DNA from: Takakia lepidozioides
Lineage: Eukaryota; Plantae; Bryophyta
Length of the DNA: 64,000 nucleotides
Direction of reading: 5' to 3'
Assembly (NCBI GenBank): GCA_030704615.1
Contig: CM060734.1
Location: 26,350,001 to 26,414,000, forward strand
The notes under the pieces were generated by a model. It was not told where the DNA came from. It saw nothing but the letters and a program-made list of their open reading frames with translations, and did not search any database. Numbering within the stretch: the stretch's first letter is position 1; every line of letters starts with the position of its first letter. The position numbers and the translations under genes are program-made. This document shows positions 13,119 through 25,759 of the stretch, piece after piece.

Positions 13119-13836
13119 GTCCCATGTCTTTCATTTCTTTTAATGTGGCAATAACCAAACTCTCTCTTCTGTAATATCTTCTCGTAATGCCTGGGTTTCT
13201 TTCAAGCTTCAATGCACCCTTGGCTATACTAGAAGTCTCCGTTACCATATAACCATATGGCAAACAAGTCTGGAAAGCTGTTCTTGGTGTGAGTTTGATC
13301 CACAAAATATCCTTTGGAATCCAATTCTTTACCAGTACAAGCTCTTCATGCATATGAGTATAAACATTCACCTTTCTTTCCTCCCACCTTCAAACTCTCT
13401 ACTCGCTTAATGGATAGCAATGCTATCACATAAACCAGTGTTGGTAACCAACGTGCTCTTCCCTACAGGCCACCTGATAAATCTTTATCACTCCTTTCTC
13501 CAGACCCCACTCAGGGTCAGCATCATGCACTCTCTTAAGAATGTTTTCTTTACAACCATCTGGCAATTCCAAGAACCTCTGAAAGAATCGTTTGGACAAT
13601 CTTTTCCTTCTCAGTTTCACAGGGATTTGATTCACATCAAATTCTTTAATTCTCCATCCACCATGATCCCACCAGATGCCTGTCACATCTGGTTGTTCAT
13701 GACCCAGTTCCCCAGTATGGTCGCCAAATGTCACGCGGCTTTTACTCACCCATCCCTTTGCTATCCGGGGTGGGAACTCCAAGATAGAAGAGTTGGAAAT
13801 CTCTAAGCACTCAGCCTGCTCAGAACAATCAGTCAT
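13111..13836 (-). pseudogene. Extra ORF upstream of gag (ORF0), function unknown
   Basis: ORFs 13426-13836 and 13111-13371. Peptide conserved with 38367-39085 in copy B. Confidence 0.55.
13709..13726 (-). other. Primer-binding site TGGCGACCATACTGGGGA (tRNA-Arg-like)
   Basis: Starts TGG 2 nt after the LTR end and is identical in copy B. tRNA identity inferred from resemblance to plant tRNA-Arg 3' ends. Confidence 0.8.
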
Positions 13837-14713
13837 GACCTACAGCTAGTGTATCATGGGGGTGTTTCCTATTTGTATTCCTTCCCGTATTCATGTTAGC
13901 TAGTTACCTTACTGTTGGTATTTAGTATCAGATTGCTTCAGCAATCTATCGGATTCCATCAACTCATCCATTCATTCCACAGCTTCACTCAGATCTCTCT
14001 ACACAGTGTGAGTATGAAGTATGTATTAGATCTATCAAGTATTAGGCTGAAGCCATGGAGTCTCTAATCTGCTCTACATTACAACTCTACTGCTTGCATT
14101 CATCAAGCATCAACAGATCGTTCTCCTCCTACTCCGTGCTCTCCCTCTTTCTACTCAGAGATGCGCTCTTCGCTTCATTTCTCAGAAGTGATGCCAGAAG
14201 TCCTTCCAGAAGTAGTCCCCAAGAAGTGATCCCCCAGATGTCCTCGCTTCTCGCTTTATCTATTTACAAGCCGTTCTAACCGCTTTCCTAACTAACCATT
14301 ATCTCTGTAGTACACGTTCCTTTTTCAGATGTCGTTCCCCCACAGTCGTTCCCTGCCAATGGTAACTGTTCCCCAGCTGTGCCGAGCTGTGACTGGCTGT
14401 ATTAGGCTGTGGCGGGCTGTGACTGGCCGTGTCGGACTATGTAGGGCTGTGCGAAGCTGTGGCGGCTGTGTCGGACTGTGACGGGCTATGTTGGCTGTGC
14501 GAAGCTGTGACGGGTTGTGTTGGCTGTGACTGGCTGTGTTGGACTGTGACGGGCTGTGACGGGCTGTGATGGACTGTGTTGGGCTGTGTATCTCCCCCCC
14601 TAAAGCCTGTTGCTGTCACCCCTAAGGCTCCTGTTGGTCTCAGTCTATGTAAAAATTTAAGGGTACCCCACAGATCCCGTAAAAGCGTCTAAGTCCCAAG
14701 CAGTCCTCTAACA
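13729..14713 (-). repeat. 5' LTR of element A (985 bp, TGTTAGAGG...CGTGACA)
   Basis: TG...CA termini, ends shared with B LTRs, internal GGCTGTG minisatellite ~14375-14590. Confidence 0.93.
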
Positions 14714-16119
14714 CTCCCTCGACATGTTTTCCTACGCTGACCGAAAGTTGCGATTCACAACGGAATCCCCGAACTGATAGCCCGTAATTCTCGAAAGGGG
14801 ATCCACCACAAACAAATTGAGGTCAACAAGGGTAGCACTAACCCAAAGGCTGCGGGCGATGCATCAAAAGGATGTAGGAATGACATGCACTGAACTTCTC
14901 AGACAACCACGCTGAGAGACACCAACCAGAAAAACTGTTTTCAAAGACAAGAAGCCACAAGAAGCCGTGCTGTTTTTGGATGAAAAACAAACCCTGAACA
15001 TGACATGAAACCATCCATTATGGAAAGACGGCAACAACCCTGGAGAGCAGTAAACAGGAAGACCCCGAATGTAATGAGGTTGTGTTGTGCCAGAAGAGCA
15101 CAGCACAAACACTGACACTCCAAGAGTCACCTCGCACGGATGTGTGCAACACAAGATCACTTCCGACACAACCCTTTATACCGAATGACCCATGGCGACG
15201 ATGACGGCAAAATGCAAACCACAAGGTAGGCAGTACGACACACGTGGATGCACATGTGAAGCATAACATTTATGGCGAATCTGCAAGTACTGCTCGAAAT
15301 TGAACTAGCATTAGATTTCTACGACACTTCCGAATTTGAAAGAATGCAAAGAAGGCCGCCATGTATTGGCAGGTGGCGAAGTACATCTAACATATATCAC
15401 AAGTACATGCAACGGATGTACATATTTTCTAGCACTTTATTTCTTGGATAATACAAAGACGCCGAAATGGATGAATTCCGTTCGCACACAATAACAACAC
15501 CCGCATCCAAATACGGTTGACAATGTCCAATTTTGATTTTGGTTACATGCCATAGCAACCCTTGTTGCAAACGTCAAACTGGAGAGCTCTAGAGGCATCG
15601 TGGGGAGCCCTTGTTTCCAGCGGAGGAGGAAGAGAAGGAAGTCATTATACTTCACGAGCTCTAGAAACAGGAATAGAGCTAGATATAGAATGAGGATGGA
15701 AAGAGTGGACGAAGAGGAAAACGCGGAAGAGGAGGGCAAAGAGGAAAGTATGGCGATGGAAGAGCAGGAATCCGGAGAAGAACAGCAGCCTGCCATAGTT
15801 CCATGAACAGGTGAGGAGGACACTGCATCCGAGGGAGAGACAGACGCCAAAGATGATGTTGATGCTGGCCTCACGAAGAACCTCATAGTGGAAGAGAGGA
15901 TGGAAGAGATGCTCCAGAACATGCGATGCGTGGAGAGCAGTCCGAAGCGCAAAGGGTCCCCGACGATTGGGGAGTCTTTTGGAGCAGCCCAAAAAAAGGT
16001 ACAATCTTTGAAAACCACCTTTGTGCTTCATTGCTGATGTGAACCCCAGTTGAGATTGTATTTCGATATGAACATAGTCTACACACGGCATCTCTGCCAG
16101 GTTGCATCAACCGCAACAA

Positions 16120-17430
16120 GAAGCTCAAATAGTGTGCGTTGACGCACACTGTTTGAGCCTTCCATTTTGCTTGCTTGTTGATGTGCAAAACGGCCAAATT
16201 GGGGAACTAGGGCAGGTTCAATCCACCACGAATTGGAAGCTCAAACAGTGTGCGTTGACGCACACTGTTTGAGCCCCCCATTTTACTTGGTTGTTGGTGT
16301 GCAAAACGGCCAGAGAGGGCCACTATGCCCGGTTCAATCCTCCACTATTTGGAAGCTCGAACAGTGTGCGTTGAAGCACACTGTTTGAGCCCCCCTTATC
16401 ATTGTTCTTCTCACAAAAAAATTACCCATCCAAGGTATCTCTTTGAGGTTCAATCATCAATTTCCTGGTAGCTCCAGCAGTGTGCGTCAACGCACACTGT
16501 TTGAGCTCACCTTGTCATTGTTTTTTTCGTTTCAAAATCGGCCACACAGGGCGTGTCTCTGAGGATCAATGAACACTTACCTGGTAGCTCAAACAGTGTG
16601 CATTGGCGCACACTATTTGAGCCCACCTTCTCATTGATTTTTCATCTGAAAAACGGCCACAAACGGCATGTATTTGAGGATCAATCATCACTTACCTGGC
16701 AGCTCAAACAGTGTGCGTCAACGCACACTGTTTGAGCTCACCTTGTCATTGTTTTTTTCGTTTGAAAATCGGCCACATAGGGCATGTCTCTGAGGATCAA
16801 TGAACACTTACCTGGCAGCTCAAACAGTGTGCGTTGGTGCACACTGTTTGAGCCCACCTTCTCATTGTTTTTTTCATCTGGAAATCGGCCACAAAGGGCA
16901 TGTATTTGATGATCAATGAACACTTACCTGGCAGCTCAAACAGTGTGCGTCAACGCACACTGTTTGAGCTCACATTTTCTTTGTTTTTTTAATCTTAAAC
17001 TCGGCCACAAAGGGCATGTATTTGAGGATCAATGAACACTTACCTGGTAGCTCAAACAGTGTGCGTCAACGCACACTGTTTGAGCTCACCTTTTCTTGGT
17101 GTTTTTCATCTGAAAATCGGCCACTAAGGGCATGTCTTTGAGGTTCAATGAACACTACCTGGCAGCTCAAACAGTGTGCGTCAGCGCACACTGTTTGAGC
17201 CCACCTTGTCATTGTTTTTTTCTTGTGAAATTCGGCATCATGGGGCATCGGGGATTCTTTGAGGTTCAATGCACACTTACCAGGCAGCTCAAACAGTGTA
17301 CGTCAACGCACACTGTTTGAGCCCACCTTGTCATTGCTTTTTTCATTTGAATAGGGCCAAATATCATGTTCAAAACACTTGAATTTGGAAGCTGAAAGAT
17401 TGGTGCGCAAACGCACGGTATTTTCGGCCC
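16120..17430. repeat. Tandem array, ~116-bp unit, 11-12 copies, each with the 38-bp hairpin AGCTCAAACAGTGTGCGT-CA-ACGCACACTGTTTGAGCT
   Basis: Central hexamers start at 16138, 16254, 16370, 16486, 16602, 16717, 16833, 16949, 17065, 17180, 17302 and (degenerate) 17407. Confidence 0.95.
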
Positions 17431-17544
17431 CCACTATGCTTGTTTTCTGGTGAGAAATTTGGCCACACAGGGCCTGTCTGTCATGCTCAAAAACACCATC
17501 GTTTCATGCCTCTCTCTTATATCATTTGAATGAACAACCCTGCA

Positions 17545-18555
17545 GGAGAAGATGCAAAGTGTGGCGGAGGAGATCCCTTCGGGGCAGGGAAGGAGATCAT
17601 TGTTGATGTTGACGATGAGTTCTATGAAAGCAAAGCCGCTGAGATGCTGGGGGTCAGAAGGTAAACTCTCAGCTTGTGTTGCAAAGTATGCTTGCCCCGG
17701 GGTGGGAGGTTGAAGATTCCCCTGTGTAGGTTGGTTTCCATGCCCGTCGTTCGTCTTCCACCCCTCATCAAGGACATTCTCAAGCTGGAGGCCGAGTTTG
17801 TTCATGGGTATTTGGATGGATCCGCAGTCTTTTACGTTTCTACAAAGGATTCCAGAGGCAATGAGCTCCTTGTGGATGAGTCAATCGTGGACTCCTGGGA
17901 TCCCATTTGGAGACAGGTGAATGAATCCTTCGAACTTCTTCTCTCCAGGAAACCTTCCACCCGGGCATTCTCAGGGAAGATGTTTCACGTTTGGGATGGC
18001 AACCACCGGTTGCTTGCATGGATGGCTGTCATTGGTGCCAATGTGGATGCAAGCAGCAGCAGCCGTGCTGTGGAGGGCGACGGGGAGGACAAGCCTGTTT
18101 CCGAATCGTGGTGGACTCCTTATCTCGACGATATCGCCGAGTGTGTTGCCAGGCAGGAATATGAGGCTTTGTTGCTTATGCAGTCGCAAAATGAGAACGC
18201 TCCAGCTGAAGAGGAATGCAGCACTGATTTAGAGGAGTCAGACGCTGATGAAAACGTGAGGATGGAGGATGAGGAAGGAGGTGACGATGAGGAGATGGAG
18301 GTTAATGAAGAGGAGGATTTGCACTGGATTGGTGTTTCCATTGACATCGTTGAAGAGTCGGCTCTGGAGTCTGTTGTGCCGGCGGAAACAAGGGCATTGG
18401 AACCATGCACAATTTGCCTGGAGACACCAGTAGCTGGAGAGTCCGTATGCATACTGAGTGAGTGCTTCATTCATTCCACACTCCATACTTTGACACATGG
18501 GTGTAGCTCAATGGGTCATGCCATCTCTACCGGCGTCGGATCTGAGACCATATAG
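17545..18555 (+). pseudogene. ParB/Srx-like N-terminal domain fragment joined to an acidic tract and a degenerate RING-H2
   Basis: KMFHVWDGNHRLLAW motif. CTICLE...EC then frameshifted HSFHTPYFDTW...SCHLYR. In-frame TAA upstream of 17674. Confidence 0.55.
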
Positions 18556-18819
18556 ATAGGCCAGACAGAGAAGCTCAGTGTCCATGATGACGTAGATCAG
18601 TGGCCTATGGAGGCAATGTATTTGACTTAAGCAAAAAAAAAACATACCTAGTTCTATTACGAGTTGTGGACTAGCGGACTGATTGAGGATACTACCAGAA
18701 ATGCAAGTTTGTCGCTGCAATTCTAGACTCAGAACCAACTAGATAGCTGAAGTGGACACAATATTAATCTTAGACTTATTGAAATAAGCAAATTATAAGT
18801 CAGTGCTTACCAATGTTGG

Positions 18820-20600
18820 TGTGGTATGGGTATCAGACTTATCTCCGATTATGAACACAAAAAATCAATTTGGGTTAAAGTTTATCAGAAGCAAAAAACA
18901 AAATATTAAACTAAATAAATTAGAAGTCTGTGCCGACTTATCCTCGACTAAGAATATACAAATCAGTTTGGGTTAAAGTTTGTCAAAGAGAGGGAAAGAA
19001 AGAAAGAAAGAAAGAGAAAAACCTATAAGTCGGCGCCGACTTATCTTCGACAAGGAACAGAAAAAATCAGTGTGGGTTTAAAGTCGGCACCGACTTTAAC
19101 GAAGGGAGAAAAACACAAAAAATATATATATATATTTAAAGACGGCACCGACTTATCTTCAACTATGAACATAAAAAACCAGTGTGTGTTTAAAGTCGGA
19201 ACCGACTTTAACGATGGGAGAAAAAAAAGAAAAAAGAGAAAGAAAAAACTATAAGTCGGCGCCGACTTATCTTCGACTATGAACACAAAAAATCAGTGTG
19301 GTTTTAAGTCACCGACTTTAACGATGGGAGAAAAACACAATATATATATATATAAAAGTCGGCACCGACTTATCTTCGACTACGAACATTAAAAATCAGT
19401 GTATGTTTAAAGTCGGCACTGACTTTAACGAGGGAGGGCGAAAAAAAAAAAAAAAAAAAAAAACTAAAAGTCGGCGCCGACTTATCTTCGCTATAAACAC
19501 AAAAAATCAGTGTGGGTTTAAAGTCGGCACCGACTTTAACGATGGGAGCAAAAAAACTGAAACAAAAAAATCGGCGTCGACTTATTCAAGTTTGAACACA
19601 AAAAATCAGTTTTTTTCTTTTTTTTAAAGAAAAACCTATAAGTCGGCGCCGAGTAAATCAAGATTCTAGAGCAAATACTATATTTCATCCAAATAATGTT
19701 GTTTTTATCTTTGCTCATGAACATTTTTGCTCATGCTCATGGGTATAAAGTTCCCATCGTTAAAGTCGGTGCCGACGTTAAACCCAAGCTGGTTTTTTGT
19801 GTTCATAATCGAAGATAAGTCGGCGCCGACAATAGTTTTTTACTTTTTGACTTTTTGCTTTTTTCTTTGCTCCTTTGGTTAAAAGTCGGTGCTGACTTTA
19901 GACCCAAGCTGATTTTTCCATTTCATAATCGAGGATAAGTCGGCGCCAACTAATAGTTTTTATAATTTATTAATTCTTTTTTTGGCTCCTTTGGTTAAAG
20001 TCGGTGCCGACTTTAAACCTAAGCTGATTTTTGGGGTTCATAATCGAGGATAAGATGGCGCTGACTAATAGTTTTTATTTTATTTTATTTTTTAATTTCT
20101 TCTTTTGGTTATAGTTGGTGCCAACTTTAACCCCAAGCTGATTTTTTGTGTTCATAATCGCGGATAAGTCGGCGCCGTTTTTTTTTATTTATTTAGTTAT
20201 TTCTCTCTTTGGTTATATCGGTGCGACTTTAAACCCCCAAGTTGATTTTTTGTGTTCATAATCATGGATAAGTCGGCGCCTGTTTTTTTTTTTTTTTCCT
20301 CCTGGTTAAAGTCGGTGCCGGCCTTAAACCCAAACTGATTTTTTGTTTTCATAGTCGAAGATAAGTCGGCGCCGACTAATTTTGTTTTTTGTTTTTTTTT
20401 CCTCCCATCGTTAAAGTTGGTGCCGACTTTAAATCCAAACTGTTAATTTGTGTTCATAGTTGAAGATAAGTCGGCGCCGACTAATAGTTTTTTTTTTTTT
20501 TTTTTTTTTTTATTTTTTTATCCCCATTCTCTGATGAACTTAAATCCAAACTGATTTTTTGTGTTTATAGTCGAAGATAAGTCGACACCGACTAATAGAT
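18820..20600. repeat. Inverted (fold-back) array of ~115-120-bp AT-rich units with AAGTCGGC(G/A)CCGACTT palindromes
   Basis: Units run forward ~18820-19655 and as reverse complement ~19750-20600. Confidence 0.9.
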
Positions 20601-22327
20601 TCATTATTATTATTACTATTGTCTTAAAAGTATTTACCTCTTTGATGAACATGTATGAGTTCACAGAACCAATATGTTTGCGTGAAACAATTTTTTTTCT
20701 CTTGGGCACTTGTAGTTTTTAAGTTTGTCCTCGCGACAGAACGTAGAAATGATTGTTAAATATGAAGGTGCTTCAGCCCGGTGTGGAAGCCTCTAGTTGC
20801 GCATTATCATCACCACGAATGCTGGTTTCAGAAAAGAAGGGTGTACAAGGCAGTTTGGTGAAAGCAAGATTTTGGTTTGGAGTGTGCTTCCAAACGGGTT
20901 TCTATATATGATTGGAGTACAAAAGTTAGCAACCATTGAGAAGCCTTCGAACACGCATCATTGTCTTCATTTCCATGTCTTTCATATATGTTAGATGAAC
21001 CATCTGAGGGTAAACTCAGGATAATCAGTCTTCATGGGACGTCCGCAATGAGGTCTGTAGATGCAACTACCCAGATTACAAGCAGAAAGGGAGGGCTAAG
21101 AACAAGCTTGGTAAGACCTAGGTAGTCCCAAGATGGTGTTTGCTTGACCTACGAGGGATTGCTTAGGTTTATCCTACATTTCTGATCTCCAGCTTTTGTA
21201 AGCATTGGCACATAACAAACTCGTGGATACTGAGCTATGGGAGGAGTCAGAACGGCAATTAAGTGTTGAAGCAAAGTTTGGAATTCTTGGAGTGCTGAGC
21301 CCTGGTATGCTGAAGCCATAAAGTACCTCCGACAAATATCCAAATGAGTCAATCACTGGGCTGCTCATGTTGTGAAGACCGTTGCCATGACATGACAGCA
21401 GCTATGCCGCAAAATTTTACACTCCATATGCACACTCTTTCCACAGACAACCACACTTCATCTGTGTTCATTTCAAGAACAAATAGCTTTTTACTTTGTA
21501 CTACTATGCACACAAATTATTCATATGTTGAACAAACATGGTCAAGACCTTACAACACACATACGAAGTTATAAGCACAATGGTAACCATCCCTCCCAAC
21601 CTAACCTGAGAATATGTTCTGCTCCATTCAACTACATCTATCAGTAAACCTCACACACCATGAGTAAATAATAGATTCTTGCCTAACTTATCCAGCCTTA
21701 GTTCAATAGACTGTTGTGTCTTTCACAAATTAAGGTACTACAGAAGTACGGTCCAGAAAGAGGCAATGCATACACCGTTTCCTTCAACCTCCCCCATCTA
21801 CCTGTTTAGTTGTCATTTTTATACAGGTCCAGCTTTGAGTGGGGATGATATAGTCGGTGGCAACCATAACACCTAACATTGCCCTACGGACCCCCCAATA
21901 ACGAATGTGGTGCTATAGTCTGTGGCGACTATAACACCTCACCTGCAGGCCACGGTCATAGGCGTTCCACCTCCTATTTCCGTGGACTGTTACCAAGATG
22001 CATGAAGTCGGCAGTTTTGGTTGCCGACCTCCACCTTCGAGGTGGTTTGGTGTAGGTTCGGGCAAGGATTTGGTTCCGCCCCTCCTTACAGGCATGTGCA
22101 GACTAGCTAGCCCGGATGAATAACGTACCGCTTGGATGCAGTCATCCATCCACGGAAATCATCATCCATGGAAGTCATCCACGTCCACGCAAAACAAACC
22201 AAAACAAGGCTTAAGATTCATCTAGGTCAGAGCAAAAATAAACAGGGGCCAAGGATTTTCACCACATATGTGGTGTGGCTCCCATTTTTAAGTAACAACG
22301 TCCTCGTCGTCTTCTCCTTTCTGTTTC

Positions 22328-22783
22328 ATGACACCTTGCACTAGAAGGACACTTGAGGAGGTGTCTCGTAGGTACTTCTGGCATAACCGCACTGAGCAGA
22401 TTCGTAGCATGCTCCAAGGCTACCATCAATGTCAGAGTACTAAGGACAATGGGGTGATCAGATCTGGTTCATCCAGGCTGAACAACATAACAATAGTTGA
22501 TCTCTTTCATCGTGTGGCTCTAGACACAGCGGGGCCCTTGCCTGAAACCTCTCGTGGGAACAAGTATGTTTTGGTGGCAATTGACCACTATTCAAAGTGG
22601 GTGGAAGCTGCACATGTGGCTGATAATTCAGCACTTCTCACAGCCAGATTTCTGGAAGAAGAGATAATTAGCAGGTATGGATGTGCGCGTTTTCTCACTG
22701 ACAACGACACTGCCGAACACTATGACAACATCATTTTCCCTTATCCAACTCGCGGGTACAGCGGACAAGTCAATTTCGGCTAA
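22328..22783 (+). pseudogene. Isolated gypsy-type integrase fragment (different family)
   Basis: RRYFW...HQCQ, VALDTAGPLPETSRGNKYVLVAIDHYSKWVEA, FLTDN. Confidence 0.8.
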
Positions 22784-22939
22784 GCTACTGGTCAGGCCAC
22801 GCCACTTGAAAAACAGGTAGGGCTCTTTCGATCGGGTGTATGGCATATCACCGTGAATGATTGCAAAGCGGTAATATAACTGGGATAACATGCAGGAGGT
22901 AAAGTAGGGTCATTTTGGAACTCCACAAGCCAAGAGAAG

Positions 22940-23340
22940 GTCGCGCTCTGTGTATGTAATCTTCTTGGAATTGGTGTACATGTCAACCTACGCAATGTAA
23001 GGCTTCCTCATCGAGCACAGACCATTCAGCGGAAAACTTTCATGTATTTTTCAAAGTCATCAAATGTAAATGATGGTGGCGCTCTGTATATGTATTATTG
23101 TTAATCTTGGTGTACATGCCTGCCTACGCAGTGTAAGGGTTCCTCATCGATCACACACCAACCCCAAAAAAATTTCATGTACTTCTCAAAGTCATCAAAT
23201 GCAAATGATACTGGTGGCGCTATGTATATGTACTCTTCTTTATCTTGCTGTACATGTCAACCCATTACGCAGATAACACTTCATCAACGAGTATAGACCA
23301 TTCATCGGAAATGTTTCATGTACTTCTCAAAGTCATCAAA
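22940..23340. repeat. Degenerate tandem repeat, three ~135-bp units
   Basis: Recurring GCGCT(C/A)TGT...GTACATG...TTTCATGTA...TCAAAGTCATCAAAT. Confidence 0.7.
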
Positions 23341-25759
23341 TTTAAAGACAGATCCTGCATACATATAATAGCCATCACCCAAATCGCCAGTCTGAATGAT
23401 CCTCACTACAGACTTCAGCCTAAATGAGGGGTCAGAGGGACACTGATAGAACAGGTCAGAAACTACATAGCCTTCATGTGGGAAAAAAATTCACCCAAAC
23501 AACCCTTCATTATGCAATGGAAAACATATTGTGGAAGTGCTTTCAGTCTCGGAGTCGCTCCATTGTCCTACACTATTGTCCTCCACAACTTTAGCAAAAC
23601 ATGTGACTCAAGGAATTAGAACCGTGCACAGAGCTATTACATATGACATACTACATATGGGTTGGAGGTGCATTGCTCCATTCGCAAGTAACATTGTTCT
23701 GTTGTGGCTATAGGTGTGATTGCGAGGAGTCAAATCGACCGTATTGCTTCGCTTATCTACACTCACCTAACGGTGTAATCCGTGCGTAGGTGGTATTTTT
23801 GAAGATGTACTTGCCACCAACAGCCTCCAAGTCAGCTGATCGACCTTCAAATTACGGTATAGAGGGTGCAAGTCGTCGTTGTCATGCACGGTTCGCACCC
23901 TCAATTATCAATATAGGCCAGATTTTCAAACCCAACAGTGCTCTTGGTAGTCCAGCTGCTAAGTTATGAAGTTGGACTCCAAGTTGTGCGGGATGGTTGT
24001 TTTCAGTACTTAATAAAGTTGTTCTTCAGAGTACTCCAGTCACTCACCCAACTACACTTTGGTTTATGTTTGTACTATGAGTAGGCACTTAGGAACAACT
24101 TAAACCCGGGGTTGGCACTTGGATTTTCGACTCGTGTATTTTAATTCAAATGAATGGTTGGCCGATGCGCGCCTGATTTCCAGGGGATGTCTGCTTGGAC
24201 TTGTCTTTTTTTGCGCGTCTTCCTCTGCTTTCTCTTCCCTACGCTCGTCTTTTCGCTCCATCTCTTGCTTCTTCTCATGTCGTGGTCCATGTCCCCCGTT
24301 AGAGAGGGGCGCAAAACCACCGGTTCCCCTTCTCGCTTGCACAGACTCCTGCCGACCCCATGACCTTTGTGCGTCGGAGCCCCCGACTGGCCATGAAGGA
24401 CTTGCGAGGAAGTCCAAGTGCGGGCAGCTCAGAATCTGTTGTCTGAAGAATCTGCCTCAGAGGTCCAATCTAGCAGCAATGATGACACTGACGACGCGAG
24501 GGACTCCGACTTTGACGGTTGGGATGGGTCCGATGATATGGGCAATCCTCCACATGACCCATATGAGTTTAATGACGATGATGCTGCAATGCATCCATCC
24601 TTCGATGACCTTGTTGTTGATGAACTGCGACATGGTGTCATCCCAATTGTGGACCCCCTTCCCCCAGTGGAGCACACTCTCAACAATGAAGTTGAGGTCA
24701 ACTCCCCCCACCCACGAGTTCCACGGACTGCGGGAGATGTGCAGGTCGAATCGTCGGATGATGACAACCGGTCGTTGTCATTCCTTCACCGACATCGTGC
24801 CCCTGTGAACCGTGCTTCATCTCACCCCGCTCCATCTCATGTTTCTCTTTCTTAAGCCGGTCCATCCCATGCTAGTCCATCTAGTCTCTCTCCCCCTCAT
24901 GTAATTCCTTCCATCGCTACTCCGATCCTGGGAGATGCTTCTTCTGTTGCGGGACTTCTACAAGTCGAACCATCGGATGACGACGACTGGCCATTGTTGT
25001 TTCATCTGGCCCGACAACGTCCGCATGTGAACCGTGCTCCCTCGACCCTCGCTGGTCCATCTCATGCCCCTTCCTCTCATGTCGGCCCCTGTGATGTACA
25101 TATGAGTAGCCTTCCTCATACGAGACCTGCTCCAAGGCCACCACAAAATCCGGGACAAGCCCAGAAACGGTAGAGAATTGTGCAACATTTTGTTGGTGAC
25201 CGACCTGTAAACAGGCTTGATACCCTAGATGGTATTCATGATAGGAATGGAAATTGACCAGAGAGACAACTGAACGTACTCTGAGGATGACTACAGGTCC
25301 AACGGCTAGTTGCCTCTGGAAACGAAAGAATAGATGGAGATCATGATTCTAGCACTCATCATGGGAACGGGGGTGAAGTGAGTGGGGACGAAGATTTTGT
25401 ACTAGGCGTGAGATCATACCATCGTCGTCGTGCCAAACAAAATTAGGTACAGCTATAACTTCTGTCATATGATGTGTAGTATGTTTCCATGGATATCCAT
25501 GTTTCAGTTTGGGTACATGTATACGTGTACGGAAATAAAAATGGTGGAATATGTGTACCCAAGAAAGGGTTTGGTGGTTGTGCGTGTGTTTATGTTTTGT
25601 CATTACCTTTACATTGTTGATTTCCTATTATGGTTTCGAAAGCCACAAAGGCCAGGTGCAGCTCCCAACATTCATCTTCCCCTTCACAAATCCATGGGGA
25701 GTCGATACATGTGCTTTTCATCTACCTCTCCAAACATACATACAGGTGCAAGGGGACCA

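Larger units (their letters stand above)
3212..14713 (-). mobile_element. Ty3/gypsy LTR retrotransposon copy A (non-chromoviral, no extra RNase H seen), separated from its 3' end
   Basis: 5' LTR, PBS, gag, PR-RT-RH-INT order, then the extra ORF. Confidence 0.95.

Noticed and set aside
3212-14713. Assignment to the Tat/Ogre lineage from the Arg-like PBS
   Set aside because: No additional archaeal-type RNase H seen; lineage needs an RT phylogeny.
16120-17430. CRISPR array
   Set aside because: Spacers (~78 bp) are homologous to each other, there are no cas genes, and the context is eukaryotic.
24100-25200. Overlapping 100-230 aa ORFs
   Set aside because: Low complexity, no recognisable motif, coding strand unclear.
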